57,662 nt of DNA from the NCBI GenBank assembly GCA_029567095.1, contig JAKQLP010000140.1:1-57662 (forward strand), written 5' to 3'. Numbering within the stretch: position 1 is the first letter of the stretch; each line of letters opens with the position of its first letter. The translations under genes were made by a program, and so were the position numbers. This document shows positions 35,064 through 44,581 of the stretch, piece by piece. Below the pieces are notes generated by a model that saw nothing but the letters and a program-made list of their open reading frames with translations, did not search any database and had not been told where the DNA came from. The DNA is from a bacterium (lineage in GTDB: Bacteria > Patescibacteriota > Dojkabacteria > B142 > OLB20).

Positions 35064-35612
35064 TTAATTGTCTTTGTAATACTTCGGCTCTCTTCCCAGT
35101 TCTTTTTGTAAAGCATCTACTTCTTGTTTTAATTCAATCATTCTTAATTCCCTATCCTTCATCATTTGGTTCATGAGTGCCAACTGCTCTTCATTGTCTT
35201 TGACTTTTGTTATATCAGTATGAGCTCCTAACATTCTATGAGGAACTCCTTCTGCATCTCTAATGGCAATTCCTCTGCATCTTACCCAGGAATAGCCTCC
35301 ATCTCCCCTTTTGTATTTAACAATTTGGTCATAAGGATGATCAGGATCTGCACAATGCATTTTTAAATTATCATCAACTATTTTTAAATGTTCCGGATCA
35401 ATTATTGATCTCCATTCTAGAGATTTATGCTCTTTTGTTTTTGGATCATATCCAAAATTTTCCCAGAATCTCGGGCTCATCCAGCGATTTTCCTGATTAT
35501 CAAGATCCCAATACCATAATCCATCTAGAGATCCAGCTTGAAGGAATTCAAATATTAGATCATCTTTTTTCATTAGCTCATAGAGCTCTTTCTTAAGATA
35601 ATTTTCTTCCAT
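35064..35612 (-). CDS. Stand-alone PAS-domain protein with C-terminal coiled coil
   Basis: GLWYWDLDNQENRWMSPRFWENFGY...YKRGDGGYSWVRCRGIAIRD is a PAS_3-type core. The tail is heptad-like. No output domain. Confidence 0.75.
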   Translation of the reverse strand: MEENYLKKELYELMKKDDLIFEFLQAGSLDGLWYWDLDNQENRWMSPRFWENFGYDPKTKEHKSLEWRSIIDPEHLKIVDDNLKMHCADPDHPYDQIVKYKRGDGGYSWVRCRGIAIRDAEGVPHRMLGAHTDITKVKDNEEQLALMNQMMKDRELRMIELKQEVDALQKELGREPKYYKDN

Positions 35613-35680
35613 AGAGAAATAGATAAGAATATTTCTATAAGTATATTCTTAAACAATTATTAAAGTCCAGAAGTGATCAA

Positions 35681-36211
35681 TTATTCATTTAGTGCGGGTA
35701 TATTACTCCACGAGGAGTTGAGTACACGGACAGTAAGGGCAAATAGAGGAAGTTTTAATTCAGATCGAATACTTAAGCATATAGCATTGATCTCTTCAGT
35801 TTTTGCATCTCTGGGCCAGGAGGCAATGATGGGGGTATTATTCGAGAGTACCCCAAGCACAGGAGGAGTAACAAGCATTAATTTACCATCCGGGAAAACC
35901 GCCAGTCCATTTCTCTCCTGATAAGCTTTATACATAACCCTTAGATATTGAGTTTCTTGTTCTAATAGATCTAAACGGGAATCGTCAGTAGTTTCCGGAT
36001 CATAGAAATGCAATACATGCATGGCTTGTTCGGCTATATGATCTGAACGAACACTTTGCCAGCGACCTTCAGCTTGCGGGCAATATGGAACAACGGCTCT
36101 GGTGCTTGATTCTAATGAATATTCAGGCATAAATGGATTAAGATCCTGAGGGACCCATCCTTTTTCTTTATATCCTGTTAATTGTTCTGTGCTTATTAAT
36201 GGTAAGCGCAT
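35681..36211 (-). CDS. Hypothetical protein, compositionally atypical
   Basis: 176 aa, and longer than the antisense 82-aa ORF. More G+C-rich than its surroundings. No domain recognised. Confidence 0.5.
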   Translation of the reverse strand: MRLPLISTEQLTGYKEKGWVPQDLNPFMPEYSLESSTRAVVPYCPQAEGRWQSVRSDHIAEQAMHVLHFYDPETTDDSRLDLLEQETQYLRVMYKAYQERNGLAVFPDGKLMLVTPPVLGVLSNNTPIIASWPRDAKTEEINAICLSIRSELKLPLFALTVRVLNSSWSNIPALNE

Positions 36212-36448
36212 ATATTGGCTTGATATGGAGCTATTATATCACTTATTAGGTTAGGATATAAACTTGAGGAGAGATTGCTAATATGAGAATAAATGGCGGG
36301 CGATAAGGTCGCTTATTCGCACCTTGATATTCAGTATGACACAAGATGTTTGTTCACTGTATAACAGCTCTGTTTTTCAAAATAAACTATTACTTACATA
36401 AATACATCATGATGTTGTATTTATGTTTTCAGCTATATATAATTAGTT

Positions 36449-36853
36449 ATGTGGAAATGTGATAAATGCTGTAGATCGTTTGCTAAAAATAATCAGTCTC
36501 ATTCGTGCAGGACTTCCACTCTTGATGAGCATTTTCAGAACAAAGAAGATCAAAGAGATCTTTTTAATTCGTATATTGATTTTGTTCGTGAGAATGTAGG
36601 TGATTTTAAAATTGAAGCTGTTTCTTGTTGTATTCACTTAGTAAATACTTTCACTTTTAGTGCTGTTTGGATATTAAAAGACAAAATTAGAATTGATTTT
36701 GCATCACCTGAAAAACTTTCAAACACAAGAATTTTCAAAACTGAACAACCCTCTGCAAATAGATATGTCCATTATCTTGATATTGAAACGAAAGATAATC
36801 TAAACGAAGAATTAATTAATTGGCTAAAACAAGCCTATTACTTAAAGTCTTAA
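36449..36853 (+). CDS. DUF5655-like protein
   Basis: MWKCDKCCRSFAKNNQSHSC N-terminus, then ...EAVSCCIHL...IRIDF...HYLDI...WLKQAY follows the DUF5655 pattern as I recall it. Confidence 0.55.
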   Translation: MWKCDKCCRSFAKNNQSHSCRTSTLDEHFQNKEDQRDLFNSYIDFVRENVGDFKIEAVSCCIHLVNTFTFSAVWILKDKIRIDFASPEKLSNTRIFKTEQPSANRYVHYLDIETKDNLNEELINWLKQAYYLKS

Positions 36854-37168
36854 TCAGATAACTGCATTAGTAATAAATCCAATTACTAAGCCTCCAATAA
36901 CCCCAATACCAATAATTGGTGGATAGATTCTTGTGATAATTGCAGTTGGCACGCTTAATCCAGTTCCTATTATCAAACCTGTTATCGCAGAATGAATACC
37001 AAGATCAAGATTTGGAATAATAAAACCTATCATAAATCTTTCAATAAATGCACTTATCATAGCCTCAGCCTTTTTTCTCTTGTCTTTTTCGGGCAGTGGA
37101 ATCATTACTAATACATCTAATACGCCGAAAACCACACCACAAATTATTCCTAAAGTAAGATTCGTCAT
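36854..37168 (-). CDS. Hypothetical small membrane protein
   Basis: 104 aa with three Gly-rich TM helices. Its stop abuts the stop of the convergent gene. Confidence 0.5.
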   Translation of the reverse strand: MTNLTLGIICGVVFGVLDVLVMIPLPEKDKRKKAEAMISAFIERFMIGFIIPNLDLGIHSAITGLIIGTGLSVPTAIITRIYPPIIGIGVIGGLVIGFITNAVI

Positions 37169-37434
37169 GTAATTTGCAATTAAATTAAGTTCTTTTAATA
37201 GTACACCTATAAGGGTTATGTTGCCAAATTAGATTTTGATCAAATCGATTTTTAATCTTCCAAACTTAATTCTCCGGGGCGTAAGGTCGCGGGTAATTTA
37301 TTGTAATGCAGATTTAAAAATCATAAAATATACCTTCATCATTTTTTCTAGTAAACTAGAGTATATTAATAGATACATAGCTTTTAACGGAAGTCTTTAC
37401 TCTATCGGTGTTTTTGGGGTTGATATGGGTATAC

Positions 37435-37525
37435 TGGCGGAGAGTGCGAGATTCGAACTCGCGACCCAGTTTCCTGGGTGCACGCTTTCCAAGCGTGTGC
37501 ACTAGACCAACTATGCGAACTCTCC
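37435..37525 (-). tRNA. tRNA-Ser (anticodon GGA), long variable arm, CCA encoded
   Basis: Reverse complement: GGAGAGT...CACGC-TTGGAAA-GCGTG, variable arm CACCCAGGAAACTGGGTC, T arm GCGAG-TTCGAAT-CTCGC, then ACTCTCC-G-CCA. Confidence 0.9.
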
Positions 37526-37549
37526 TTTATGTGTTGAATTATACTACAT

Positions 37550-39073
37550 TTATTCAGTTGGAGTAACCTCTGTTGTTGCTGTAGGAGTAGGTTCTATCGG
37601 GCCAACAACAATTAGGAAATCTTCATTCTTATTACTCCTTGTAATTCCATATTTCTCAGGTAATTCTTCAACTTGATCTATGGGAATAAATTGTTTAATT
37701 ATTTCTAAACTTTTTGGTTTAGCTCCAGCAGTAAAATCAAATACCTTGATGCCATAGAATTTATCAGTTTTAGCCTCATTAATGGTATTGAAAGCTGAAT
37801 AGTATGCAGTTTCCTTCCTTAATTTCTCAACTACATGGTCTGCAGCCAAGGTCTTATCCCCACTTTGGTTCCTGACTAAGATATTAGGTGATTCTTTATA
37901 GAAGCCGGAGTAGAGATAGATTTTACTTATCTCAGCATTGATAGCTTTGTAGCTTTTATCTTTTGGTTTTATGGTATAAAGACCTGTCGAAGAATCAGTA
38001 TAGATGAATTTATTTAGTCCTCCAAAATTGGGATCAAGTACAATTTCAACTGGTACCCTATCGAAGGTATTCAGGTAGTATAGAGCTGCCAACATATCCT
38101 CAAGAGAGATATCAATACTTATTGTATCTCCCATGGATTGGAATAAGCCCCAATAAGTTTCAGCTTTTTGTTCAAGAGGAACATTATCTGAAAGCATTTT
38201 ATCCTTAATTGCGCCAATAATTTCTTGTTGCCTGTGAGCTCTTGAAAAGTCACTAGCTAAATAGCTAGGTCCCTTTGTAATGTATCTAAACCTTGAATAG
38301 ACTAGCGCCATGTTACCATCTAACTGCTGGCAACCTTTAGGGAAATCATAGTAGAACCAACCCCCTAATTTATTGATCTTGGCATCATCATTAGGATATT
38401 TAGCTGTAAAGGCTTGATCAACACAAACCTCAATTCCACCGATTTTATCCACCAGATCAATTACTCCATCTAATTTGATCAATGCAGTATATTGGATTGG
38501 ATACCCAGTGACTTTGCTGACTTCTTCTTTTAAGTAATAGAAAGCATCCTGCTTTTCATTTTGTCCCTTCTTGTATGTAATAGCATAAACAGCGTTTATC
38601 TTGGTATTGTAACCTGTGGACCAGAAATCCCTTGGAATACTAACCATCATGATCTCCTGGGTATCATGTTTGAATATTACCTGCATGATGGAATCTGTGT
38701 TCATCAAAGAACTCGTTCCTCTCCTTGTATCTACGCCAACAACTAGTGCCGAAGTATAGCCATTGCTTTGTTTTAGATTGGGTTTAAATGCATCTGTCCA
38801 GCATTTGGGATTTAAGATGTTGTCACAAGTGGCAACTTCATTTCCATTTTCATCAAGTATGGAAACTCTTGATCTGTAACTAGCCAGTCTGTCATAGAAA
38901 AAAGCTGCCAAGAATACCACCACGAATATCCCTAGGAGTAGGAATATCATCTTTTTATTAAATCTTGATTTTGTCTTTACCTTAGGATCAGCAGTATTGG
39001 ATTCTGTTTTAGAAATAGGCTCTACAACAGCAACTTTATTACCTTCCTGTTTCAGATTGGCTCTATATATCAT
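37550..39073 (-). CDS. LytR-CpsA-Psr (LCP) family protein with C-terminal LytR_C-like domain
   Basis: N-terminal TM helix, then ALVVGVDTR, MVSIPRDFW, NKINAVYA, LDGNMALVYSRFRY and DFSRAHRQQE, all LCP motifs. Confidence 0.88.
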   Translation of the reverse strand: MIYRANLKQEGNKVAVVEPISKTESNTADPKVKTKSRFNKKMIFLLLGIFVVVFLAAFFYDRLASYRSRVSILDENGNEVATCDNILNPKCWTDAFKPNLKQSNGYTSALVVGVDTRRGTSSLMNTDSIMQVIFKHDTQEIMMVSIPRDFWSTGYNTKINAVYAITYKKGQNEKQDAFYYLKEEVSKVTGYPIQYTALIKLDGVIDLVDKIGGIEVCVDQAFTAKYPNDDAKINKLGGWFYYDFPKGCQQLDGNMALVYSRFRYITKGPSYLASDFSRAHRQQEIIGAIKDKMLSDNVPLEQKAETYWGLFQSMGDTISIDISLEDMLAALYYLNTFDRVPVEIVLDPNFGGLNKFIYTDSSTGLYTIKPKDKSYKAINAEISKIYLYSGFYKESPNILVRNQSGDKTLAADHVVEKLRKETAYYSAFNTINEAKTDKFYGIKVFDFTAGAKPKSLEIIKQFIPIDQVEELPEKYGITRSNKNEDFLIVVGPIEPTPTATTEVTPTE

Positions 39074-39474
39074 CTTTGGTGTTCATCCAAAATTAAATTT
39101 ACTAATCTATCTGCCAATCTATTCTCCTCTCGGGGTATATGAGTAAAAGTTATGATTTTGAACCCGGGCAGAAGGGTGTCAATTTTTAGTTTGATTTTTT
39201 TAATATTCTCATCTTTTATCTTATACTCTCCATTTAGCTGTTTAACTATTAATTCACTATCAAGATAACAAGCTAATTCTGTTACTCCAGCCTTTAAAGC
39301 CATTTTTAATCCTATTACCAGGGCTTGATATTCAGCATTATTATTCGTGGTATTAGCTAAATATTCTCCATTAAAATTTAGCAGCTCGTTGTTAGTATTG
39401 AATAATAAGGCACCAGCAGCACCTTCGCCAGGATTGCCTCTAGATCCTCCGTCTGTTTTTAAGATTGCTTTCAT
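39070..39474 (-). CDS. rnhA: Ribonuclease HI family protein
   Basis: TDGGSRGNPG, NNAEYQAL, DSELIV and NRLADRL give the DEDD catalytic pattern. 4-nt overlap with the LCP gene. Confidence 0.85.
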   Translation of the reverse strand: MKAILKTDGGSRGNPGEGAAGALLFNTNNELLNFNGEYLANTTNNNAEYQALVIGLKMALKAGVTELACYLDSELIVKQLNGEYKIKDENIKKIKLKIDTLLPGFKIITFTHIPREENRLADRLVNLILDEHQR

Positions 39475-39517
39475 AGTCTTTTTTAAAAACTAATCTATAT
39501 TATATTCCCCTCTACTC

Positions 39518-41206
39518 TTATTGCAAAGCTTTTTTTTGACGCCTGACCCAATTTAGAACACTTTTATCTCTATGACGCATTAGATGAAGCAGCTTCTCAA
39601 GCATCTTCATAGTAGCCTCAAATTCAGGCTCAATTACCGCAAATATCTCGCTTTCATCGATTTCATCGCCACTGTGATGCTTACGTATAATTATTTCAAT
39701 TTGGGGATTCAAGGCTTTTGATATCCTCACGATCTCTCCACTATCAATTTCTTTAGGAAGGGTTATCACTAACACTTTTGCTTTCTCTACTCCAGCATTT
39801 TTAAGGATCTCCATATTTGTTGAATCTCCTACAATAAAGGGGAGATCTTTTTGAAAACTCTCTAATTCCTCTATTTGATTCATCTCGATCACTACATATT
39901 TTTTACCAAGTTTTTTTAGGGCTAGTGCTAAATATTTACCTACCCTTCCATATCCGCAAATTATTATATGATCATTTAGAACATCATCATCAATATTTTC
40001 GCTTTCAGTCTTTGTAAAAAGTCTTCTATATATCCCCGGATTATATTTCCTAGTTACATTCCCCAAAAACTTATATATCTTTTCAGAATTCAATATCAAA
40101 ACCGGAGTGATCAACATACTGATCAAAGTCACTGCTGATATAGTTGCTGCCAATTCCTCACTGATCCATTTACTATTGGATGCTATTTGAGAAATTAAAA
40201 ATGCAAACTCCCCTATTTGAGATAGATTAAGTCCCACCTCAAATGCTGATTTGAAATGCATCTTTAAAGCCAGATTAATTACGATAACAATGATAAATTT
40301 CAAAAGCATTACCCCAATAACTAGTAATAAGATCAGTCCCAAATTGGAGATCAAATAGCTGAATGATAGAAGCGAGCCTAAGGTAGTAAAAAATATCAGA
40401 CTGAATATTGCTTGTAAGGGATTGATTTCAGTAATTATCTCATGATTAAGTACAGATTCTGAGATCATCAATCCTGCTAAGAAGGCCCCCAATGTGGAAG
40501 ATACTCCCATTTCCCGGGCAATTAGGGCAAAGCCAAGACTGAATCCAAAGGCTGAGATAGTTACTAATTCTTTATTACCTATCTGGGCTATGGTTTTTAA
40601 CACTCTAGGCAGTACTTGTCTGCCTATTACTAAACTGCCGGCAATTAGGATGAAGCTTTTTACTAAAGAATCGAAAAGATTACTTTCATTATTCTCAATA
40701 GGAGCAAAATTTGATAAAAGAATGATCATAAAAACTACAGCAATATCCTGCAAGATCAACCAGCCAATACTGACCTGACTGCTGAATTGATCTAATTGAT
40801 CCCTGTCTTCAAGAATTTGAGCCACAATTGCAGTTGAACTGAATGAAAATACAGCTCCAATGAAGAAGGAATCGTAAGTTGAGAAACCAAGTGCTGGAAG
40901 AATTAGATATCCTAAAAGCACAATTAATATTATCTGAATTATTCCTCCTAATACTGCAAACTTTTTTACTGCTAATAATTTATCCAGAGAAAATTCAATT
41001 CCGATTGAGAATAGTAAAAGAGTCACTCCTATTTCAGCTAATTGGCTGATACCCTCTTCTTGGGCTTGTAGTCCCGAACTAAAATTACTGACTATGGCGC
41101 TAGCTAATATATATCCAATAGCAACTGGCATTTTGAACTTTTTAGCAATAAGTCCGCCAACAATGCCGATCAGAATTAGGAGGATTAATTGTGTAAATAA
41201 GTCCAT
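39518..41206 (-). CDS. CPA2-type cation:proton antiporter with C-terminal RCK/TrkA-N domain
   Basis: A Na+/H+-exchanger-like membrane domain of about 380 aa, followed by IIICGYGRVGKYLA (Rossmann GxGxxG). Confidence 0.88.
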   Translation of the reverse strand: MDLFTQLILLILIGIVGGLIAKKFKMPVAIGYILASAIVSNFSSGLQAQEEGISQLAEIGVTLLLFSIGIEFSLDKLLAVKKFAVLGGIIQIILIVLLGYLILPALGFSTYDSFFIGAVFSFSSTAIVAQILEDRDQLDQFSSQVSIGWLILQDIAVVFMIILLSNFAPIENNESNLFDSLVKSFILIAGSLVIGRQVLPRVLKTIAQIGNKELVTISAFGFSLGFALIAREMGVSSTLGAFLAGLMISESVLNHEIITEINPLQAIFSLIFFTTLGSLLSFSYLISNLGLILLLVIGVMLLKFIIVIVINLALKMHFKSAFEVGLNLSQIGEFAFLISQIASNSKWISEELAATISAVTLISMLITPVLILNSEKIYKFLGNVTRKYNPGIYRRLFTKTESENIDDDVLNDHIIICGYGRVGKYLALALKKLGKKYVVIEMNQIEELESFQKDLPFIVGDSTNMEILKNAGVEKAKVLVITLPKEIDSGEIVRISKALNPQIEIIIRKHHSGDEIDESEIFAVIEPEFEATMKMLEKLLHLMRHRDKSVLNWVRRQKKALQ

Positions 41207-41308
41207 AATAAATTAGTCTAGCCAAAATATGGCTCTATGACAATGCCATACATTGTCTTTCCTGCTAATTTCATCTATATTCATATTATTAATTATTAAT
41301 ATACTTTT

Positions 41309-42331
41309 ATGTCTGCACCTCAAGCTGAAACAACTCCGACACCCGAAGTCGAAGTTAAGAAAGGACCTGAACTTGAAGTAAAAGCTCAGGAGCCTGTTGT
41401 TCAACCAGTTACAACACCAGTTCAAGCTGAACCTAAAAAAGGTGGTATGGGCTGTTTTGCAAAATTCATGATAATAGGTTGTCTCGGGTTATTACTATGC
41501 TGTTGTGTAACCGTGGTATTAAGTTTTGCTGCACCATCAGTGATCCTACCCACAGCCATGAACTATATCGCTGCTGGTAATCAGGGACCTGATAAGGATT
41601 TAACAAGAGTAGGAACTGAAGAGGTCGAAAAATATATTGATCAGGTAGAGAGTAAATCAGGTGAAATGAATGAAGATGGTACATTGAAGGTTCAATATTC
41701 TGAAGAAGAATTCGTAGCTTCTCTATTATCAGCTTTCAATGCTGTAGACAAACCATTAGCTATTGGAGTCGATTTTGAGGAAGCATATATGAAAGTCCAA
41801 TTTGATATTGGAGTGATCATGAGCTCAATGCAGGAGGCTGATACAGCAGCTGAGGAGCAAGCCGACTTCTCAGGGCTTGAAGGCTATTATGCCACATTAG
41901 AATTTACGACCAGTGAAGATGGCAGTAAATTAATTTTTGAGAATTTCTCTCTTGGTAATACTGTTCTAGATCCTTTCATCAATTCAATGCTAACTCAAGA
42001 GAATAAGGATTCAATTTCTGAAAGTATTCAGGAGAGTATGGGAGCAAGTTCAGAAGATGGATCTGGTAGTATAAAGAGTATTAAGTTCCTCAAGGATGCA
42101 ATAGAGATTGTTCTTTATGGTGGAGAAGAGGGTGGCAGTACTACCGATGGTTCCCTCGATCTAAGTAATTGCCTTGATGAGGCTCAGACAACATATATGA
42201 ACGAATGGAACGATGCCTGTTTAGATCTTGGCGAGCCTGAGGAATGTCGTTTATCTACTACTCAAGCAGATCTATTAGATCAAAGATTAGAGGATTACAA
42301 AAATGATTGTTATGAGTTATACAATCGATAA
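41309..42331 (+). CDS. Hypothetical membrane-anchored acidic protein
   Basis: Pro/Thr/Val-rich N-terminus, a TM helix (FMIIGCLGLLLCCCVTVVLSFAA), then an acidic ectodomain with a C-terminal 4-Cys region. Confidence 0.55.
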   Translation: MSAPQAETTPTPEVEVKKGPELEVKAQEPVVQPVTTPVQAEPKKGGMGCFAKFMIIGCLGLLLCCCVTVVLSFAAPSVILPTAMNYIAAGNQGPDKDLTRVGTEEVEKYIDQVESKSGEMNEDGTLKVQYSEEEFVASLLSAFNAVDKPLAIGVDFEEAYMKVQFDIGVIMSSMQEADTAAEEQADFSGLEGYYATLEFTTSEDGSKLIFENFSLGNTVLDPFINSMLTQENKDSISESIQESMGASSEDGSGSIKSIKFLKDAIEIVLYGGEEGGSTTDGSLDLSNCLDEAQTTYMNEWNDACLDLGEPEECRLSTTQADLLDQRLEDYKNDCYELYNR

Positions 42332-42348
42332 GGTTTAGTAGGTAAATT

Positions 42349-42378
42349 AAAGCCCTCCCAAAGTGGAGGGCTTTTTTT
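42349..42378. terminator. Bidirectional intrinsic terminator
   Basis: AAAGCCCTCC-caaagt-GGAGGGCTTTTTTT hairpin between convergent genes. Confidence 0.75.
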
Positions 42379-44518
42379 ATTGTTTCAGATAGATCTTGAT
42401 GTCTACAGCAACAGCCCTATCTTGTGTTACTAAAAGAGGGTTGATATCTAGTGAAGCAATTTTGGGATAAAGAGCCACTAGTTTTTGAACGGCCATTAAG
42501 GCATCAATGACCTTATCTTTAGCCAAGGGCTCTAAACCTCTAGCACCATTCAAGATCTTATCAATTTTAGTTTTGGCAAGCTTGGCTTCGAACATAGTTC
42601 TTGAGGCAGGAACTAGTGTATGTGTCAGATCTTTGAATATTTCTGTATAAATTCCACCTTGGCCATAAACAATTAGATGCCCAAAACCACTCTTGCCTCC
42701 ATTATATACAGTAGAATCACCATCTCTATTACTTCCAATAAAGAATTCCTGCTCCGCTTTGATCATTTCCTGAACTAGTAAGGGTTTTCCACTCTGCCCT
42801 ATTTTATCTAGTGTGGCATGCAATTCAGAAAAAGCTGTTGCTAATTCTTCTTCATCTTTAATATTTACTTTCAACGCCTTTTCCTCAGTTTTATGAGCAA
42901 GGAATTCATTAGGGATCTTAACAACTACAGGAAAATGCGCTCCTGCAAAAAGTTTAGCCTGATCTAGGTTTGTACAAAGTTCTTGTGCAGGCATATCCAA
43001 ACCAGACTCTTTGGCCATTTTAAAAGCCAAAGTGTCTGGAACAGAGACCCCATCTCCTTTACTGGCGTGATGTTCAATTTCCTGATTGTATATCCCTTTA
43101 TTAATTAGTGATTCAAAATCATTGAATATTTTGCTATTTGTATCCAGATCTCTGGAATTTAACATTTGATGAAATCCATATAGATCAGAGATAGCTTTTG
43201 CTGCAAATTCGATCTCATTAAATACAGGAACATGGGCATCAAACAATCTTTCAATCCCGATATCTACATATTTTTGTCCTAAAAAGACTGCAAAAAGTGG
43301 TTTTGCTGAAAATCTTTTAAGCCTTATTATGGTTTTAGCTGTATCTTCAATTTCAGTAATATATTGAGGGGTAAGTATAAACATGACTGCGTCTACGTTC
43401 TCATCTTTTAGAACAATATCACTTGCTTGCTGATATCTGTCTGCCGAGGCATCTCCCAGCACATCAACCGGATTATGCACGCTGGCGGCTGCTGGAAGTA
43501 TTTTTTTTAGCTCTTCTTTTGTAGTTTCACTTAATTGAGCCATTTCTAAACCATTACCGACTATAGCATCGGTAGCCATAATCCCTGGCCCTCCCGCATT
43601 GGTTATTACTGCCACGCGATTTCCTTTTACTTGTTTACTCCAGGAAAAACTCATCAAATCATCAAGCAATTCATTGCTACTTTCAGTATAAACAATATTT
43701 GTTTGCGATACTAAAGCATCGATTATTTCTGAAGTCCCAGCTAAAGATCCTGTATGTGAAGCAATTGCTTTAACTGCTTCTTCGCTTCTACCTGGTTTAA
43801 GTAGAATAATTGGTTTAATAGGATCAGTTATTGATAAATACTTATGCAGATCATAGCCATGCGCGATCTCTTCTAAATATGCGCCAATAACTTTTGCCTT
43901 TTCATCTTTATACCAGTGATTGATCAAATCTAATTCATTAATATCGGCTTTATTGCCAACAGAACAGAAATTATAGAAGCCGAGATTGCGTCTTAAGGAA
44001 ATATCTAGTATTGCCGTACAAAAAGCTCCTGATTGGGATAAAAAAGAGATATTTCCTTCTTTGGGGAATAACTGCATCCAGGATGAATTAAGTTTGAAAG
44101 CAGTATTAACTACGCCAATAATATTTGGTCCTAAGATGCGTATTCCTGCCTCTTTAGCTACTTTTACCACTTCTTGCTCTAATGCTTCACCCTCGGGTCC
44201 CGATTCTCCGAAGCCTGCTGAAATGATCATAATGCTTTTAACTCCTTTTGCTGCGCAATCTTTAACCACATCTAAGACAAATTGAGAAGGAATCAAGATA
44301 GCTACTTGATCTACCTCATTTGGTATGGAACTGACGGATTTATAGCATTGATAGCCAAACAGATTGTCATATTTAGGGTTTACGGGATAAAGTCCTCCCT
44401 TGTATCCGGCATCAATCAGATTAGTAAAAAAGATCGAGGAAAGTTTTCTTGGGTCGCTACTTACACCGACAACGGCAATTGAATTTGGGTAAAATAGTGT
44501 TGTTAGATCCGAGTTCAT
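42377..44518 (-). CDS. ADP-forming acetyl-CoA synthetase (acetate--CoA ligase, fused alpha/beta)
   Basis: N-terminal CoA-binding domain (SIAVVGVS), ligase-CoA domain (SQSGAF, NAGGPG) and a C-terminal ATP-grasp_5 domain. 713 aa. Confidence 0.88.
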   Translation of the reverse strand: MNSDLTTLFYPNSIAVVGVSSDPRKLSSIFFTNLIDAGYKGGLYPVNPKYDNLFGYQCYKSVSSIPNEVDQVAILIPSQFVLDVVKDCAAKGVKSIMIISAGFGESGPEGEALEQEVVKVAKEAGIRILGPNIIGVVNTAFKLNSSWMQLFPKEGNISFLSQSGAFCTAILDISLRRNLGFYNFCSVGNKADINELDLINHWYKDEKAKVIGAYLEEIAHGYDLHKYLSITDPIKPIILLKPGRSEEAVKAIASHTGSLAGTSEIIDALVSQTNIVYTESSNELLDDLMSFSWSKQVKGNRVAVITNAGGPGIMATDAIVGNGLEMAQLSETTKEELKKILPAAASVHNPVDVLGDASADRYQQASDIVLKDENVDAVMFILTPQYITEIEDTAKTIIRLKRFSAKPLFAVFLGQKYVDIGIERLFDAHVPVFNEIEFAAKAISDLYGFHQMLNSRDLDTNSKIFNDFESLINKGIYNQEIEHHASKGDGVSVPDTLAFKMAKESGLDMPAQELCTNLDQAKLFAGAHFPVVVKIPNEFLAHKTEEKALKVNIKDEEELATAFSELHATLDKIGQSGKPLLVQEMIKAEQEFFIGSNRDGDSTVYNGGKSGFGHLIVYGQGGIYTEIFKDLTHTLVPASRTMFEAKLAKTKIDKILNGARGLEPLAKDKVIDALMAVQKLVALYPKIASLDINPLLVTQDRAVAVDIKIYLKQ

Positions 44519-44581
44519 GGGCAGAATAATATTTAAATAAACTTTAACAGTAATTAAACTAAAAATGAAGATGGATTAATT

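Noticed and set aside
35673-35921. Plus-strand 82-aa ORF and other nested or antisense track ORFs (e.g. 376..558, 1228..1422, 1378..1608, 5149..5505, 6729..7007, 13173..13575, 14351..14643, 15185..15541, 17091..17479, 19087..19305, 20662..20914, 23500..24055, 36443..36637, 41213..41684, 43986..44482, 46005..47720, 52664..54430)
   Set aside because: Each is embedded in or antisense to a longer ORF with clear family signatures or better context. Their products are low-complexity (Ser/Leu/Ile/Phe-rich), typical of shadow frames in AT-rich DNA.
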